Shown here: positions 1-10,441 of the stretch, in pieces
How positions within the stretch are numbered: the stretch's first letter is position 1
Layout of the letters: the number at the start of each line of letters is the position of its first letter
NCBI RefSeq assembly: GCF_004010195.1
Contig: NC_057718.1
Span: forward strand, 5,719,807 to 5,746,085
Direction of reading: 5' to 3'
Length of the DNA: 26,279 nucleotides
From: Chiloscyllium plagiosum
Lineage: Eukaryota
The notes under the pieces: model-generated
What the model saw: only the letters and a program-made list of their open reading frames with translations
Databases searched by the model: none
Told to the model about the DNA's origin: nothing
Translations under genes and position numbers: made by a program

Positions 1-490
1 ATAGCAATTACAGAAACATGGCTCAGGGATGGACAGGACTGGCAGCTTCATGTTCCAGGATACAAATGCTACAGGAAAGACAGAAAGAGAGGCAAGAGAG
101 GAGGGGGAGTGGCGTTTTTGATAAGGGATAGCATTATAGCTGTGCTGAGGGAGGATATTCCCAGAGATACATCCAAGAAAGTTATTTGGGTGAATCTGAG
201 AAATAAGAAAGGGATGATCACCTTATTGGGATTGTATTATATCCCCCCCTAATAGTCAGAGGGAAATTGAGAAACAAATTTGTAAGGAGATCTCTGTTAT
301 CTGTAAGAATAACAGGGTGTTTATGGAAGGGGATTTTAACTTTCCAAACATCGACTAGGACTGCCATAGTGTTAAGAGATTAGATGGAGAGGAATTTGTT
401 AAGAACATGCAAGGAAATTTTCTGGTTCTGGATGTACCTACAAGAGAAGGTGCAAAAATTGACCTACTCTTGGGAAATAAGGCAAGGCAG

Positions 491-684
491 CTGGAAATCT
501 GTTGCTGGAAAAGCGCAGCAGGTCAGGCAGCATCCAGGGAACAGGAGAATCGACGTTTCGGGCATAAGCCCTTCTTCAGGAAAGGGCTTCTCCTGTTCCC
601 TGGATGCTGCCTGACCTGCTGCGCTTTTCCAGCAACACATTTCCAGCTCTGATCTCCAGCATCTGCAGACCTCACTTTCTCCTC
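491..684. mobile_element. Fold-back Penelope-derived short element inserted in the CR1, with a perfect 16-bp TSD
   Basis: TSD aaataaggcaaggcag at 475-490 and 685-700. 61-bp inverted arms 489-549 and 588-648 with one mismatch. Confidence 0.85.
548..583 (-). ncRNA. Minimal hammerhead ribozyme core (PLE type)
   Basis: Minus strand reads c-CUGAAGA-a-GGGC-uuau-GCCC-GAAAC-GUC-gauu, with all core nucleotides present. Stem I is poorly defined in this rearranged copy. Confidence 0.7.
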
Positions 685-3181
685 AAATAAGGCAAGGCAG
701 GTGACTGAGGTGTCAGTGGGGGAGCACTTTGGGGTCAGTGATCATAATTCTATTAGATTTAAAGTAGTGATGGAAAAGGATAGACCAGATCTAAAAGGTG
801 AACTTCTAAATTGGAACAAGACAATTTTGACAGTATTAGGCAAGAACTTTCAAAAGCTGATTGGGCGCAGATGTTCTCCGGTAAAGGGACGGCTGGAAAA
901 TGGGAAGCCTTCAGAAATGAGATAACGAGAGTCCAGAGGAAGTGTATTCCTGTTACGGTGAAAGGAAAGGCTGGTAGATATAGGGAATGCTGGATGACCA
1001 AAGAAATTGAAGTTTTGGTTAAGAAAAAGAAGGAAGCATATGTAAGGTATAGACAGGGTAGATCAAGTGAATTCTTAGAAGAATATAAAGGCGGTAGGAG
1101 TATACTTAACAGAGAAATCAGGAGGGCAAAATGGGGACATGAGATAGCTTTGGCAAAAAGAATTAAGGAGAATCCAAGGGGTTAAGGACAAAAGGTAACT
1201 AGGGACAGAATAGGGCCCCCACAGATCAGCAAGGTGCCTTTGTGTGGAGCCGCAGGAGATGGGGGAGATACTAAACGAGTATTTTGCATCAGTATTTACT
1301 GTGGAAAAGGACATAGAAGATGTAGAATGTAGGAAAATGGATGGTGCCATCTTGAAAAATGTCCATATTATGGAAGAGAAAGTGCTGGATGTCTTGAAAC
1401 TGATAAAGGTGGATAAATTCCCAGGACCTGATCAAGTGTACCCTAGAACTCTGTGGGAAGCTAGGGAAGTGATTGCTAGGCCTCTTACTGAGATATTTAT
1501 ATCATCGATAGTCACAGGTGAGGTGCCATAAGACTGGCGGTTGGCTAACGTGGTACCATTGTTTAAGAAAAGTGGTAAGGACAAGCCAGGGAACTATAAA
1601 TCAGTGAGCCTGACATCGGTGGTGGGCAAGTTATTGGAGGGAATCCCCGAGGGACAGGATGTACATGTATTTAGAAAGGCAAGGACTGATTAGGAATAGT
1701 CAACATGGCTTTATGCGTGGGAAATTATGTCTCACAAACTTGATTAAGTTTTTTGAAGAAGTGACAAAGAGGATTGATGAGGGCAGAACAGTAGACCTGA
1801 TCAATATGGACTTCAGTATGGCATTCGACAAGGTTCCCTATGGGAGACTGGTTAGCAAGGTTAGATTTCACGGAATACAGGCAGGACTAGCCATTTGGAT
1901 ACAGAACTAGCTCAAATGTAAAAGACAGAGGGTGGTGGTGGAAGGTTGTTTTTCAGACTGGAGGCCTGTGACCAGCGGAGTGCCACAAGGATCAGTACTG
2001 GGTCCACTACTTTTCATCATTTATATAAATGATTTGGATGTGAGGATAAGAGGTATAGTTGGTAAGTTAACAGATGACGCCAAAATTGGAGGTGTAGTGG
2101 ACAGCGAAGAGGGTTACCTCAGATTAGAGCAGGATCTTGATCAGATGGGCCAATGGGCTGAAAAGTGGCAGATGGAGTTTAATTCAGATAAATGTGAGGT
2201 GCTGCATTTTGGGAAAGCAAATCTTAGCAGGACTTATACATTAAATGGTAAGGTCCTATGGAGTTTTGCTGAACAAAGAGACCTTGGAGTGCAGGTTCAT
2301 AGCTCCTTGAAAGTAGAGTCACATGTCGATAGGATAGTGAAGAAGGTGTTTGGTATGCTTTCCTTTATTAGTCAGAGTATTGAGTACAGGAGTTGGGAGG
2401 TCATGTTGCGGCTGTACAGGACATTGGTTAGACCACTGTTGGAATATTGCATGCAATTTTGGTCTCCTTCCTTTCGGAAAGATGTTGTGAAACTTGAAAG
2501 AGTTCAGCAAAGATTTACAAGGATATTGCCAGGTTTGGAGGATTTGAGTTGTAGGGAGAGGTTGAATAGGCTAGGGCTATTTTCCCTGGCACTTCGGAGG
2601 CTGAGGGATGACCTTATAGAGGTTTATAAAATCATGAGGGGCATGGATAAAATAAATAGACAAGGTCCCTGGGGTCGGGGAGTCCAGAACTAGAGGGCAT
2701 AGATTTAGGGAGAAGGGGAAGGATATAAAAGAGACTTGAGGGGCAAATTTTTCATGCAGAGGGTGGCACATGTCTGGAATGAGCTGCCAGAGGGAGTGGT
2801 GGAGGCTGGTACAATTACAACATTTAAAAGGCATCTAGATGGGTATATGAATAGGTAGGGTTTAGTGGGATATGGGCTGGGTGCTCGCAGGTGGGACTAG
2901 ATTGGGTTGGGATATCTGGTGGCATGGACAAGTCAGACCGAAGGGTCTGTTTCCGTGCTGTACATCTCTATGACTCTATGACTAACACCAGGGAGAGATC
3001 TGTGACTGGCTGCTGTGTTCTGTGATCGTAGTTTGTGTAAGATAGGCTTGTATTTATATAATTGCTTTCATGTTTATAAAAAACATTTTATTGCCAAACG
3101 AGCTCTTTCAAAGTGCTGTAAGTTTGGAAATACATCAGCCAATTTGTACAGAGAAAGCTCCCGCAATCAGCAAAATGAAAC

Positions 3182-3568
3182 TTTTTATTCATGTGTGAGA
3201 CATGAGTGCCCCTGGCTGGCCAACATTTATTCTCTGTCCCTAGTTGCCTTTGAACTGAGTGGCTTGTTAGGCCAATTCAAAGGGCAGTTGAGAGTCAGCC
3301 ACATTGCTGTGGTTCTGGAGTCACATGTAGGCCAGACCAGGTAAGGAAGGTGGATTTGCTTCCCTGAAGGACATTAGTGAACCAGACGGGTTTTTTTCTG
3401 ACAATCGACAATTGTCTCATGGTCATCAGTAGACACTTAATTTCAGATTATTATTTAATTCAAATCCCACCATCAGAGATGGTGGGATTCAAATCCAGGA
3501 CCCCAGAATATGAGCTGAGTTTCTGGATTAATAGACTAGCGAGAACACCACTAGGCCATCACTTCCCC
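3182..3568 (-). mobile_element. tRNA-derived SINE with LINE-type tail (family not named)
   Basis: B-box-like ggattcaaatcc at the right end. Shares the core ctggagtcacatgtaggccagaccaggtaagg with copies at 3612-3952, 12200-12590 and 19660-19860. Confidence 0.7.
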
Positions 3569-3611
3569 AGATGATAATGATTAGCAATTCTAATTGTTTA
3601 TTCTTGTATTA

Positions 3612-3952
3612 AATGTGTGTATCACTGGCAAGGCCAGCATTTGTTGCCTTTGAAGGGCTTTGTAGGATCATTTCAGTGGACAGTTAAGTGTCACCCACAT
3701 TGCTATGGGTCTGGTGTCATGTGTTGGCCAGACCCGGTCAGGATGACAGATTTCCTTCCAAAAGGGTATTGGGAGCCAGAGAATTTTTTTTAAGCAACTG
3801 TTGACAATGGTGGCATGGTCGTCCTTAGACTAACGATTAATTCTGGATTTATCAAATTCAAATCTCACCAGCTGCCATGCTAGGATTCCAACCCAGTTTC
3901 CCATGGCATTTGTCTGGATCTCTGGACTCATTACCACTATGCCACTTTCTCC
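3612..3952 (-). mobile_element. Second, more diverged copy of the same SINE
   Basis: Colinear similarity to 3182-3568 (cacattgctatgggtctggtgtcatgtgttggccagacccggtcagg). Confidence 0.65.
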
Positions 3953-3964
3953 CCCTGCCTTTAT

Positions 3965-4245
3965 GTTGCCAATTGAGGAATAAATATTGGACAGCAGGAC
4001 ACTGGGCGGATGAAAAACTCCTCTGCTCCTAAGAATAGCACCAGTTGGGCCTTTATATTCACCAGGGAGGGTAGAAAAGGTCTTGGTATAATATCCCAAC
4101 CAAAGACATGGCATCTATCTCCTACAGATTGGCACTACCTCATTACTGCACTGGGAGTGTTGCCCTGAAGTATTTACTCAAGTCTCTCAAATGGGATTAA
4201 ACTGATGACCTACTGATGCAGGGACAAGATTACCACTCACCATGG
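3965..4245 (-). mobile_element. DeuSINE (SacSINE1/AmnSINE-like) remnant
   Basis: Recognised Deu-type segments gaggaataaatattgg...ggacac and gcactacctcattactgcactgggagtgt...ctcaagtctct. Related pieces at about 3090-3180, 16575-16680 and 19925-20080. Confidence 0.55.
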
Positions 4246-4520
4246 TAAATCTTATAGCATGGGGAGTGACATAGCTGGTGAGGTTGTTTAAAACACAGTT
4301 AGATATTGTTAAGCATGGAGGTTCTGCATGAACAACCACCTTGAGTTTTCCCAATCTCGTGACTCATTTTCGTGCAGCCCTAGTGAACTATCCACTTGCT
4401 CCCATTTAGTTCATGTTGCATAAACAGCTGTTGCCCCTGTCCAATGTGGTCGAACACAGTGAGCTCTTGTTGAACTATCACTATGTTGTGATTCTGTTCG
4501 CCGAGCTGGGAATTTGTGTT

Positions 4521-4560
4521 GCAGACGTTTCGTCCCCTGTCTAGGTGACATCCTCAGTGC
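4521..4560 (-). ncRNA. Minimal type-I hammerhead ribozyme, core intact
   Basis: Minus strand: gca-CUGAGGA-u-GUCACCU-agac-AGGGGAC-GAAAC-GUC-ugc. Stem I gca/ugc, stem II 6 of 7 pairs, loopless palindromic ACGU stem III. Confidence 0.8.
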
Positions 4561-4663
4561 TTGGGAGCCTCCTGTGAAACGCTTCTGTGTTGTTTCCTCC
4601 GGCATTTATAGTGGTTTGCCACAGAACACAATAACACAGAAGCGTTTCACAGGAGGGTCCCAA

Positions 4664-4703
4664 GCACTGAGGGTGTCACCTAGACAGGGGACGAAACGTC
4701 TGC
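4664..4703 (+). ncRNA. Mirror hammerhead copy with a core substitution (CUGAGGG, A9 to G)
   Basis: gcactgagggtgtcacctagacaggggacgaaacgtctgc; identical to the minus copy except at position 4673. Confidence 0.7.
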
Positions 4704-4852
4704 AACACAAATTCCCAGCTCGGCGAACAGAACCACAACAACGAGCACCCGAGCTACAAATCTTCTCCCAAAGTTTGAAGAACTATCACTATGTTTTTTA
4801 ACGCTCAGTGATGTCTGAGACAGGAAAATGATGTGCAGAATCTTTCTTACAG

Positions 4853-4932
4853 ATGAAGACATCGATTTGAAGAGGCTTGCTGAAAATGAAGAGAGTTCAT
4901 GTCTGGAAACCATCCAGATTCTAAAGTCCAAG
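4853..4932 (+). CDS. MTRF1L: MTRF1L internal coding exon (probable exon 2), (D)EDIDLKRLAENEESSCLETIQILKSK
   Basis: Acceptor tctttcttacAG (4851-52) and donor AAG|gtaata. 80 bp, phase 1 to 0, joining in frame to the next exon. Peptide resembles the 'DENEDLRKLAENE' segment of MTRF1L. Not in the ORF track; read by hand. Confidence 0.85.
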
Positions 4933-5739
4933 GTAATAATCTGACCGGGAATGTGTCGGATTAGTGGAAAAATGAGAATCAGGGAATGGGAAAAGAACAT
5001 TTAGTTTGTCAAACCTGCCACTTCTCCATCTCATAGATTCCCGGGATAAGTCAGGAAAGGCAACAGATGATTCAAAGAAGAGGAGGTTTTGTGCCATGGA
5101 GCTGAGCTGAGGGAGGAGGTGGAGCTATGTCATATAGTTGGAAGTGGATGGTGTTGGTGGTGGAGCAGAAGGAATTCACAAACTCACATCTTGTTGAAAG
5201 AGATAGGTTTGGTGTCAGAAATTAGCACCAGATCACAGACCCCCTGGCATGAAAAATACTGCTCTCTGTGCAGTCACACAAGAGCGTGTTCCAGGTATTC
5301 AGTCCACATATTCTGTAAATGAAATGCAGGATGTCTCGTTGTGAGACTATGGACAGACTATTTCAAACATGGGAGTCCTTGTCAACCATTGCTCCCTGGA
5401 GGAATAGCTTGGGATCATTCTGTGTGGTTTTCTGCCCCAGTGCCAGAAATGCTGCCAGCATGGTGAAGCTTAAATGCTGAGTAAGAGAAGAATAAGGTTG
5501 GTACTGTGTTTAGGGTCCTTTAGGGGAGGAGGACCCTAAAGAGAGTCCTTACCCTCACAATGATAGAGAAGGATTTGGGTCCAAAGGTTACAATGGGGAA
5601 AGTGTTTTGACTTGCAGACCTGGCCATCAGCAGCCAGTCAATTAAGTTTTCGCACTTTGTTGAAACTTTGCCTTTCTTTCGCTTCTGCCCTGCTCCATAT
5701 CCCCCCTCCCCCTCCAAAAAAAAAACGTTTTTGTTTCAG

Positions 5740-5923
5740 ATAATTTCACTCCTGATCCCCACTGAAGAAGCGGACGATAATGATCTGATTCTGGAGGTGA
5801 CTGCGGGAGTCGGGGGACAGGAGGCCATGTTGTTCACCGCTGAGATGTTCGAAATGTACCAGAATTACGCCTCCTACAAAAACTGGCAGTTTGAGGTTCT
5901 GGATTACTGCCACAGCGATATTG
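5740..5923 (+). CDS. MTRF1L: MTRF1L coding exon (probable exon 3), [61 protein letters not shown](G)
   Basis: Lies within ORF 5668..5997. Acceptor ttgtttcAG, donor G|gtatgt, 184 bp. Release-factor PCRF signature LEVxAGxGGxEA. Confidence 0.95.
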
Positions 5924-6302
5924 GTATGTGCACTGTAGTTTCGTATTCCGTACAGTTCAAGAAGGCGGCTCAACACCATCTTGCCGAGGGTAACTAAGGA
6001 TGGGCAATAAGTACTGGTGTAACCAGAAATGCTTACATCCAGGACGTATTAAAAGACAGCAGAGCCTTACAATCTCTGCATGGCCTTGCTGACGGAGTAC
6101 AGAGACCTCAGAAGCTTTTAGAACTGAAAGACATGTCAGAGATAGAGAGATATGATACTTCCTGACTCCGTGATCTCTTCAGCTGTAGAGCTTTCTGAAA
6201 TCCCTGTCCTCCTTCATTTTGGTTTGCTGCAAATTCTCCATTTTAATCACTCTGATTATGGCCGAAGAATATGTTAGAAGAACAAGAATTTTAATTTATA
6301 TC

Positions 6303-6501
6303 ATAAAAACAAAAGGTGCTGGAGGAAACAGGTCTGGCAGTATTTGTGGAGAGAGAAATGGAGTGAATCTTTTGAGTCTTGAGACTTAAGCAAAGTCCTC
6401 AAATGTTAACCCTGTCTCTATAGATGCTGCCAGACCTGCTGTGTATTCCGAATACTTTCTGTTTTTATGCAGATTTTCTGCATTTGTGGGTTTTTGCTTT
6501 C
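6303..6501. mobile_element. Older fold-back PLE-derived element
   Basis: Imperfect inverted arms (caggtctggcagtatttgt / atagatgctgccagacctg; ataaaaacaaaag / ctttctgtttttat). Same family vocabulary as 491-684. Confidence 0.65.
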
Positions 6502-6531
6502 ATACTTGCATATATGTAGCCCTTAATGTAA

Positions 6532-7236
6532 TATAAGATCTTGGCAGTGTAGAGGAACAGAGGGATCTTGGTGTGCAGGTACATAGATCACTTAAAATGG
6601 CCACCCAAGTGGACAGGGTTGTTAAGAAAGCATATGGTGTTTTGGCTTTCATTAACAGGGGGATTGAGTTTAAGAGTCATGAGATCTTGTTGCAGCTCCA
6701 TAAAACTTTGGTTAGACCACACTTGGAATACTGTGTCCAGTTCTGGTCACCCTATTATAGGAAAGATGTGGATGCTTTAGAGCGGGTTCAGAGGAGGTTT
6801 ACCAGGATGCTGCCTGGACTGGAGGGCTTATCTTATGCAGAGAGATTGACTGAGCTCGGACTTTTTTCATTGGAGAAAAGGAGGAGGAGAGGGGACCTAA
6901 TCGAGGTATATAAGATAATGAGAGGCATAGATAGAGTCAATAGCCAGAGACTATTTCCCAGGGCAGAAATGGCTAACACGAGGGGTCACAGTTTTAAGCT
7001 GGTTGGAGGAAAGTATAGAGGGGATGTCAGAGGCGGGTTCTTTACACAGAGAGTTGTGAGAGCATGGAATGCGTTGCCAGCAGCAGCTGTGGAAGCAAGG
7101 TCATTGGGGACATTTAAGAGACTGCTGGACGTGCATATGGTCACAGAAATTTGAGTGTGCATACATGAGGATCAATGGTCGGCACAACATCGTGGGCTGA
7201 AGGGCCTGTTCTGTGCTGTACTGTTCTATGTTCTAT
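6532..7236 (+). mobile_element. CR1 LINE 3' fragment (young; 193-aa open ORF2 C-terminus)
   Basis: ORF 6573..7154 contains LVRPHLEYCVQFWSP and FFTQRVV. ttctatgttctat tail. Confidence 0.93.
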
Positions 7237-7289
7237 CTGAAGGCATCATGCAGGAGTAGGATTTGTCACTGAGTCCCATAATGATCTAT

Positions 7290-7540
7290 CAGACTAGGTG
7301 ACCAGAAATTTGAGCTCAGAGGTGGATTTGCTAGCAGAGAGAAATAATAGCGATTTAGGGAGGGCGTTCCAGAGATGGGGTGAGACAGATGAGGGGGGAG
7401 TGATGAAAATTGGGGGATGCTCAAGAGGCCAGAATTGGGGGAGTGCAGTGATCTTGCAGGATTGAGGGCTGGTGGAAGTTGCAAAATGAGAAGGGATAGG
7501 CCATGGAGGGATTTGTAGACAAAAATAACAAGTTCCAAGT
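7290..7540 (-). mobile_element. Old L2-like LINE fragment
   Basis: Reverse-complement similarity to 18090-18520; minus ORF remnant FVYKSLHGL. Confidence 0.55.
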
Positions 7541-7542
7541 TG

Positions 7543-7739
7543 GGTATGGAATGAGCTGCCAGAGGAAGTGGTGGAGGCTGGTACATTTAAGAGGCATTTG
7601 GATGGGTATATGAATAGGAAGGGTTTGGAGGGTTATGGGCTGGGTGCTGGCAGGTGGGACTAGATTGGGTTGGGATATCTGATTGGCATGGACGGGTTGG
7701 ACCGAAGGGTCTGTTTCCGTGCTGTACATCTCTATGACT
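7543..7739 (+). mobile_element. CR1 3' tail fragment
   Basis: Near-identical to 2775-2983, ending ctctatgact. Confidence 0.9.
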
Positions 7740-7769
7740 GTCCTCTTTCTGTAAGTTAGTGCTAAAGGT

Positions 7770-8090
7770 TAGATTAGATTACTTACAGTGTGGAAACAGG
7801 CCCTTTGGCCCAACAAGTCCACACCGACCCGCCGAAGCGCAACACACCCAGACCCATTCCCCTACATTTACCCCTGCACCTAACACTATGGGCAATTTAG
7901 CATGGCCAATTCACCTACCTGCACATTTTTTTTGGACTGTGGGAGGAAACCGGAGCACCCGGAGAAAACCCACGCAGACACGGGAAGAATGTGCAAACTC
8001 CACACAGTCAGTCGCCTGAGGCGGGAATTGAACCCGTATCTCTGGCGCTGTGAGACAGCAGTGCTAACCACTGTGCCACCGTGCCGCCCC
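7770..8090 (-). mobile_element. HE1-type tRNA-derived SINE
   Basis: Minus-strand A box (tggcacagtgg) and B box (ggttcaattcc), aatct tail repeats, possible TSD taaaggt at 7763 and 8092. Confidence 0.88.
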
Positions 8091-8109
8091 TTAAAGGTGT
8101 TCCTTTAAG

Positions 8110-8689
8110 ACAAGAGTCATAGAGGAGGAGGAATTTCTTCTCTCAGAGGAGAGTGAATCTGTGGACTTCTATACTGCAAAGGGCTCCAGTTGGCAAGGTC
8201 ATTTAGTATACTCAGGTCTGAGATATATTTTTAATCAGTAAAGGAATCAAGGGTTATGGGGATAAGATAGGAAAGTGGAGTTGGGGATTATCAGATAATC
8301 TAAATGTATGGCAGAGCAGACTTGATGGGTGTAATCGTGAGGGGCATAGATAGGATAAACAGACAAGGTCATTTCCCTGGAGTGGGGGACTCCAGAACTA
8401 GAGGACATAGGTTTAGGGAGAGAGGGGGAAAATTTAAAAGAGACTTAAGGGGCAACATTTTCATACAGAGGATGGTGCGTGTATAGAATGAGCTTCCAGA
8501 TGAAGTGGTGGAGGTGAGGACAATTACAATGTTTTAGAAGGCATCTGGATGGGTACATGAATAGAAAGAGTTTAGAGGGATATGGGTCAAGTGCTGGCAA
8601 ATCGGACAAGATTAGGTTAGGATATCTGATCGGCATGAACGAGTTGGACTTATGGGTCTGTTTCCATGCCGTATAACTCTATGACTCTA
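8110..8689 (+). mobile_element. Two adjacent CR1 3' fragments (about 8110-8330 and 8333-8689)
   Basis: Similar to the 3' ends at 11780-12025 and 2630-2983; ends ctctatgactcta. Confidence 0.8.
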
Positions 8690-8771
8690 AATGGCCTTGG
8701 TATGCAGTTATGATCTGATTGTTTTACTGTTCCTGTAAGCTAGTATTAAAAGTTGGTCTTTTATTTCACAG

Positions 8772-8935
8772 GGGGTCTGCGTCATGCTGCAGCTAGTGTG
8801 AGTGGCCCGGAGACTTACAAACACATGAAGTACGAGGGGGGAGTGCATAGAGTCCAGCGGATTCCCAAAACTGAAAAACAAGGCAGGACTCACACCAGCA
8901 CAATGACCGTCGCCATCCTACCACAGCCCACTGAG
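8772..8935 (+). CDS. MTRF1L: MTRF1L coding exon (probable exon 4) with the PxT stop-codon recognition motif, (G)[54 protein letters not shown]
   Basis: Acceptor ttatttcacAG, donor GAG|gtatt, 164 bp. [14 protein letters not shown] is the RF1 signature. A plain PKT tripeptide, without the extended loop of MTRF1, favours MTRF1L. Confidence 0.97.
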
Positions 8936-9084
8936 GTATTCACAATCTTCTCAGCAATTTGTACCAATTCCTGACTAAATTGACAGCTGCCCAAAGGTTT
9001 GTCTTAAAGGAGAAGAGGGAGGTGGAGTGCTTTTGGGGAGGAGTTGTAAAACTTAGGGAGCTGAAGGCACATCCATGATTACAA

Positions 9085-9120
9085 TCTCTCTCTCTCTCTC
9101 TCTCCCTCTCCCTCTCCCCC
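9085..9120. repeat. (CT)n / CT-rich microsatellite
   Basis: tctctctctctctctctccctctccctctccccc. Confidence 0.9.
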
Positions 9121-9140
9121 TCGTATTTCAAGCTTGCTTG

Positions 9141-9365
9141 ACACTGCCCCTATTAAACCCATACAGGACAGTTATAGTATGAGGTTATATACAGAGTAGA
9201 GCTCCCTTAAGACTGTCCTCACCAAACTCTCCCAGGACAGGTACAGCTCTGTCAGATTCAGAACAAAGCTCCTTTGACACTGTCCTCATCAAACATTCTC
9301 AAGACAGGGACATTGTGGGGTTAGGTACAGATTAAAGTTCCCTCCATACTGTGCTCCAAAACACA
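9141..9365. repeat. Degenerate tandem repeat of about 68 bp, about 3.3 copies
   Basis: Units start at 9141, 9210, 9277 and 9346 (acactgtcctcatcaaac...caggacagg...tacagagtaaagctcc). Confidence 0.8.
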
Positions 9366-9839
9366 GTGTAAATCTGGAATATGCTTTCCAGTTTACAATG
9401 GTTATTTTACTAAGATAGTGCAAATCTAACCTGCTTCAGTTTATACAAAAATCTGGATGTATCAGAAAAAGTCTTACAAAACATGAACTGGTAGTAACTA
9501 TCCATTGTCTCCTATACGTGGCTTCATCCCCACACAATGTCTTTGACTCTTAATATTCTCTGATGTGGAATTAGCCATCAAGTTGTATCACCTTACCAAG
9601 AGAGAGATTTCAGTTTAAAAGGAGGAGAGAGAGAGAGGGACAGAGTGTTGGGGTGAATCTATTGGAGCTTGGATATCTGAGGACAAAGCCTCCAATGAAG
9701 GGCTTGAGGATGTTGGGGTTGTGTAAGAGGCTGGAATTAGACAGACTGTGGATATTTGCTGGACATGTAGTAATTGGATAGAATAATGGGTATGATCCAT
9801 GTCTTCACACATCTGATTAATCAATAATCTTGTTATCAG

Positions 9840-9957
9840 ATTGACATGACCATCAACCCCAAGGATCTGCGGATAGAGACAAAACGGGCAAGTGGAGCTG
9901 GTGGTCAGCATGTGAACACGACAGACAGTGCGGTTCGCATCCTGCACATCCCAACAG
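9840..9957 (+). CDS. MTRF1L: MTRF1L coding exon (probable exon 5) with the catalytic GGQ motif, [39 protein letters not shown](G)
   Basis: Acceptor tgttatcAG, donor G|gtaaca, 118 bp. [18 protein letters not shown] is the universal class-1 release factor motif. Confidence 0.97.
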
Positions 9958-10304
9958 GTAACAGCAGTCCCTTGCTCTCACCCAAGTGTACATCTGTAAT
10001 ACCGTGGGTTTCATTTGCAGTTACTGGAGAATTCTGACTGTGATGCTGAGATGAAAAAGTAATAATTGCATCCTTTTCTCAGTTAGTTGGTGAAGGAGGA
10101 GCATTACGTATCCTCAGTGAGTACGGTCACTGAGTTGGGAACATTGATGGGGATTCATTGGAACAATTTCTAGTATTATTTGTCTGTCATGCTTCCTGCA
10201 TTATGATGATAATTATATTAATTAAATGTATTTAATTGGCTACTTTGGGATCCTGAAATGCAGTTGCATTTGTTCTGATACTGGTTCATTCTGCCCCTTG
10301 GCAG

Positions 10305-10441
10305 GTGTGGCAGCTGAGTGCCAGCAGGAAAGGTCCCAGCTGAAAAATCGAGAAAAGGCGATGCAGATGCTGCGAGCGAAACTATACAGCATGAAGCTGG
10401 AGGAGCAAACTAACAAGAGACATTATGCTCGAAAGATTCAG
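10305..10441 (+). CDS. MTRF1L: MTRF1L coding exon (probable exon 6), (G)[45 protein letters not shown]
   Basis: Acceptor ccccttggcAG, donor CAG|gtacct, 137 bp, phase 1 to 0. [10 protein letters not shown] motif. Confidence 0.96.

Larger units (their letters stand above)
1..2983 (+). mobile_element. CR1-clade LINE (shark HER1-like), degenerate ORF2 (APE endonuclease and RT) with 3' tail; continues upstream of the window
   Basis: Frameshifted ORFs 811-2693 with [28 protein letters not shown], 'LTDDAK' (decayed FADDTK) and LVRPLLEYC. Ends in the ctctatgactctatgact tail. Confidence 0.95.
4488..4779. mobile_element. Fold-back Penelope terminal-repeat (pLTR) insertion with two opposed hammerheads and a 16-bp TSD
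   Basis: TSD gaactatcactatgtt at 4472-4487 and 4780-4795. 108-bp inverted arms 4484-4591 and 4633-4740 with three mismatches. Confidence 0.9.

Noticed and set aside
489..648. Pre-miRNA or DNA-transposon MITE reading of the hairpins (also 4484-4740)
   Set aside because: The arms are asymmetric, with an unpaired 3' tail. The TSDs are long and variable, and single-arm copies exist elsewhere. This fits retroelement inversion better.
811..2693. A functional or domesticated reverse transcriptase, or a retron-like system
   Set aside because: Multiple stops and frameshifts, a decayed catalytic motif and an ordinary CR1 tail.
4411..4801. Overlapping ORFs on both strands with near-identical peptides (TQKRFTGGSQALR)
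   Set aside because: A by-product of the DNA palindrome; no coding evidence.
5924..6040. Truncated isoform by read-through of the exon into an intronic retroelement tail
   Set aside because: The donor is canonical and the nearby hexamer is AATAAG, a weak variant. No other support.
9141..9365. CRISPR-like array (also 26078-26263)
   Set aside because: Eukaryotic context, degenerate units, no regular unique spacers and no cas genes.
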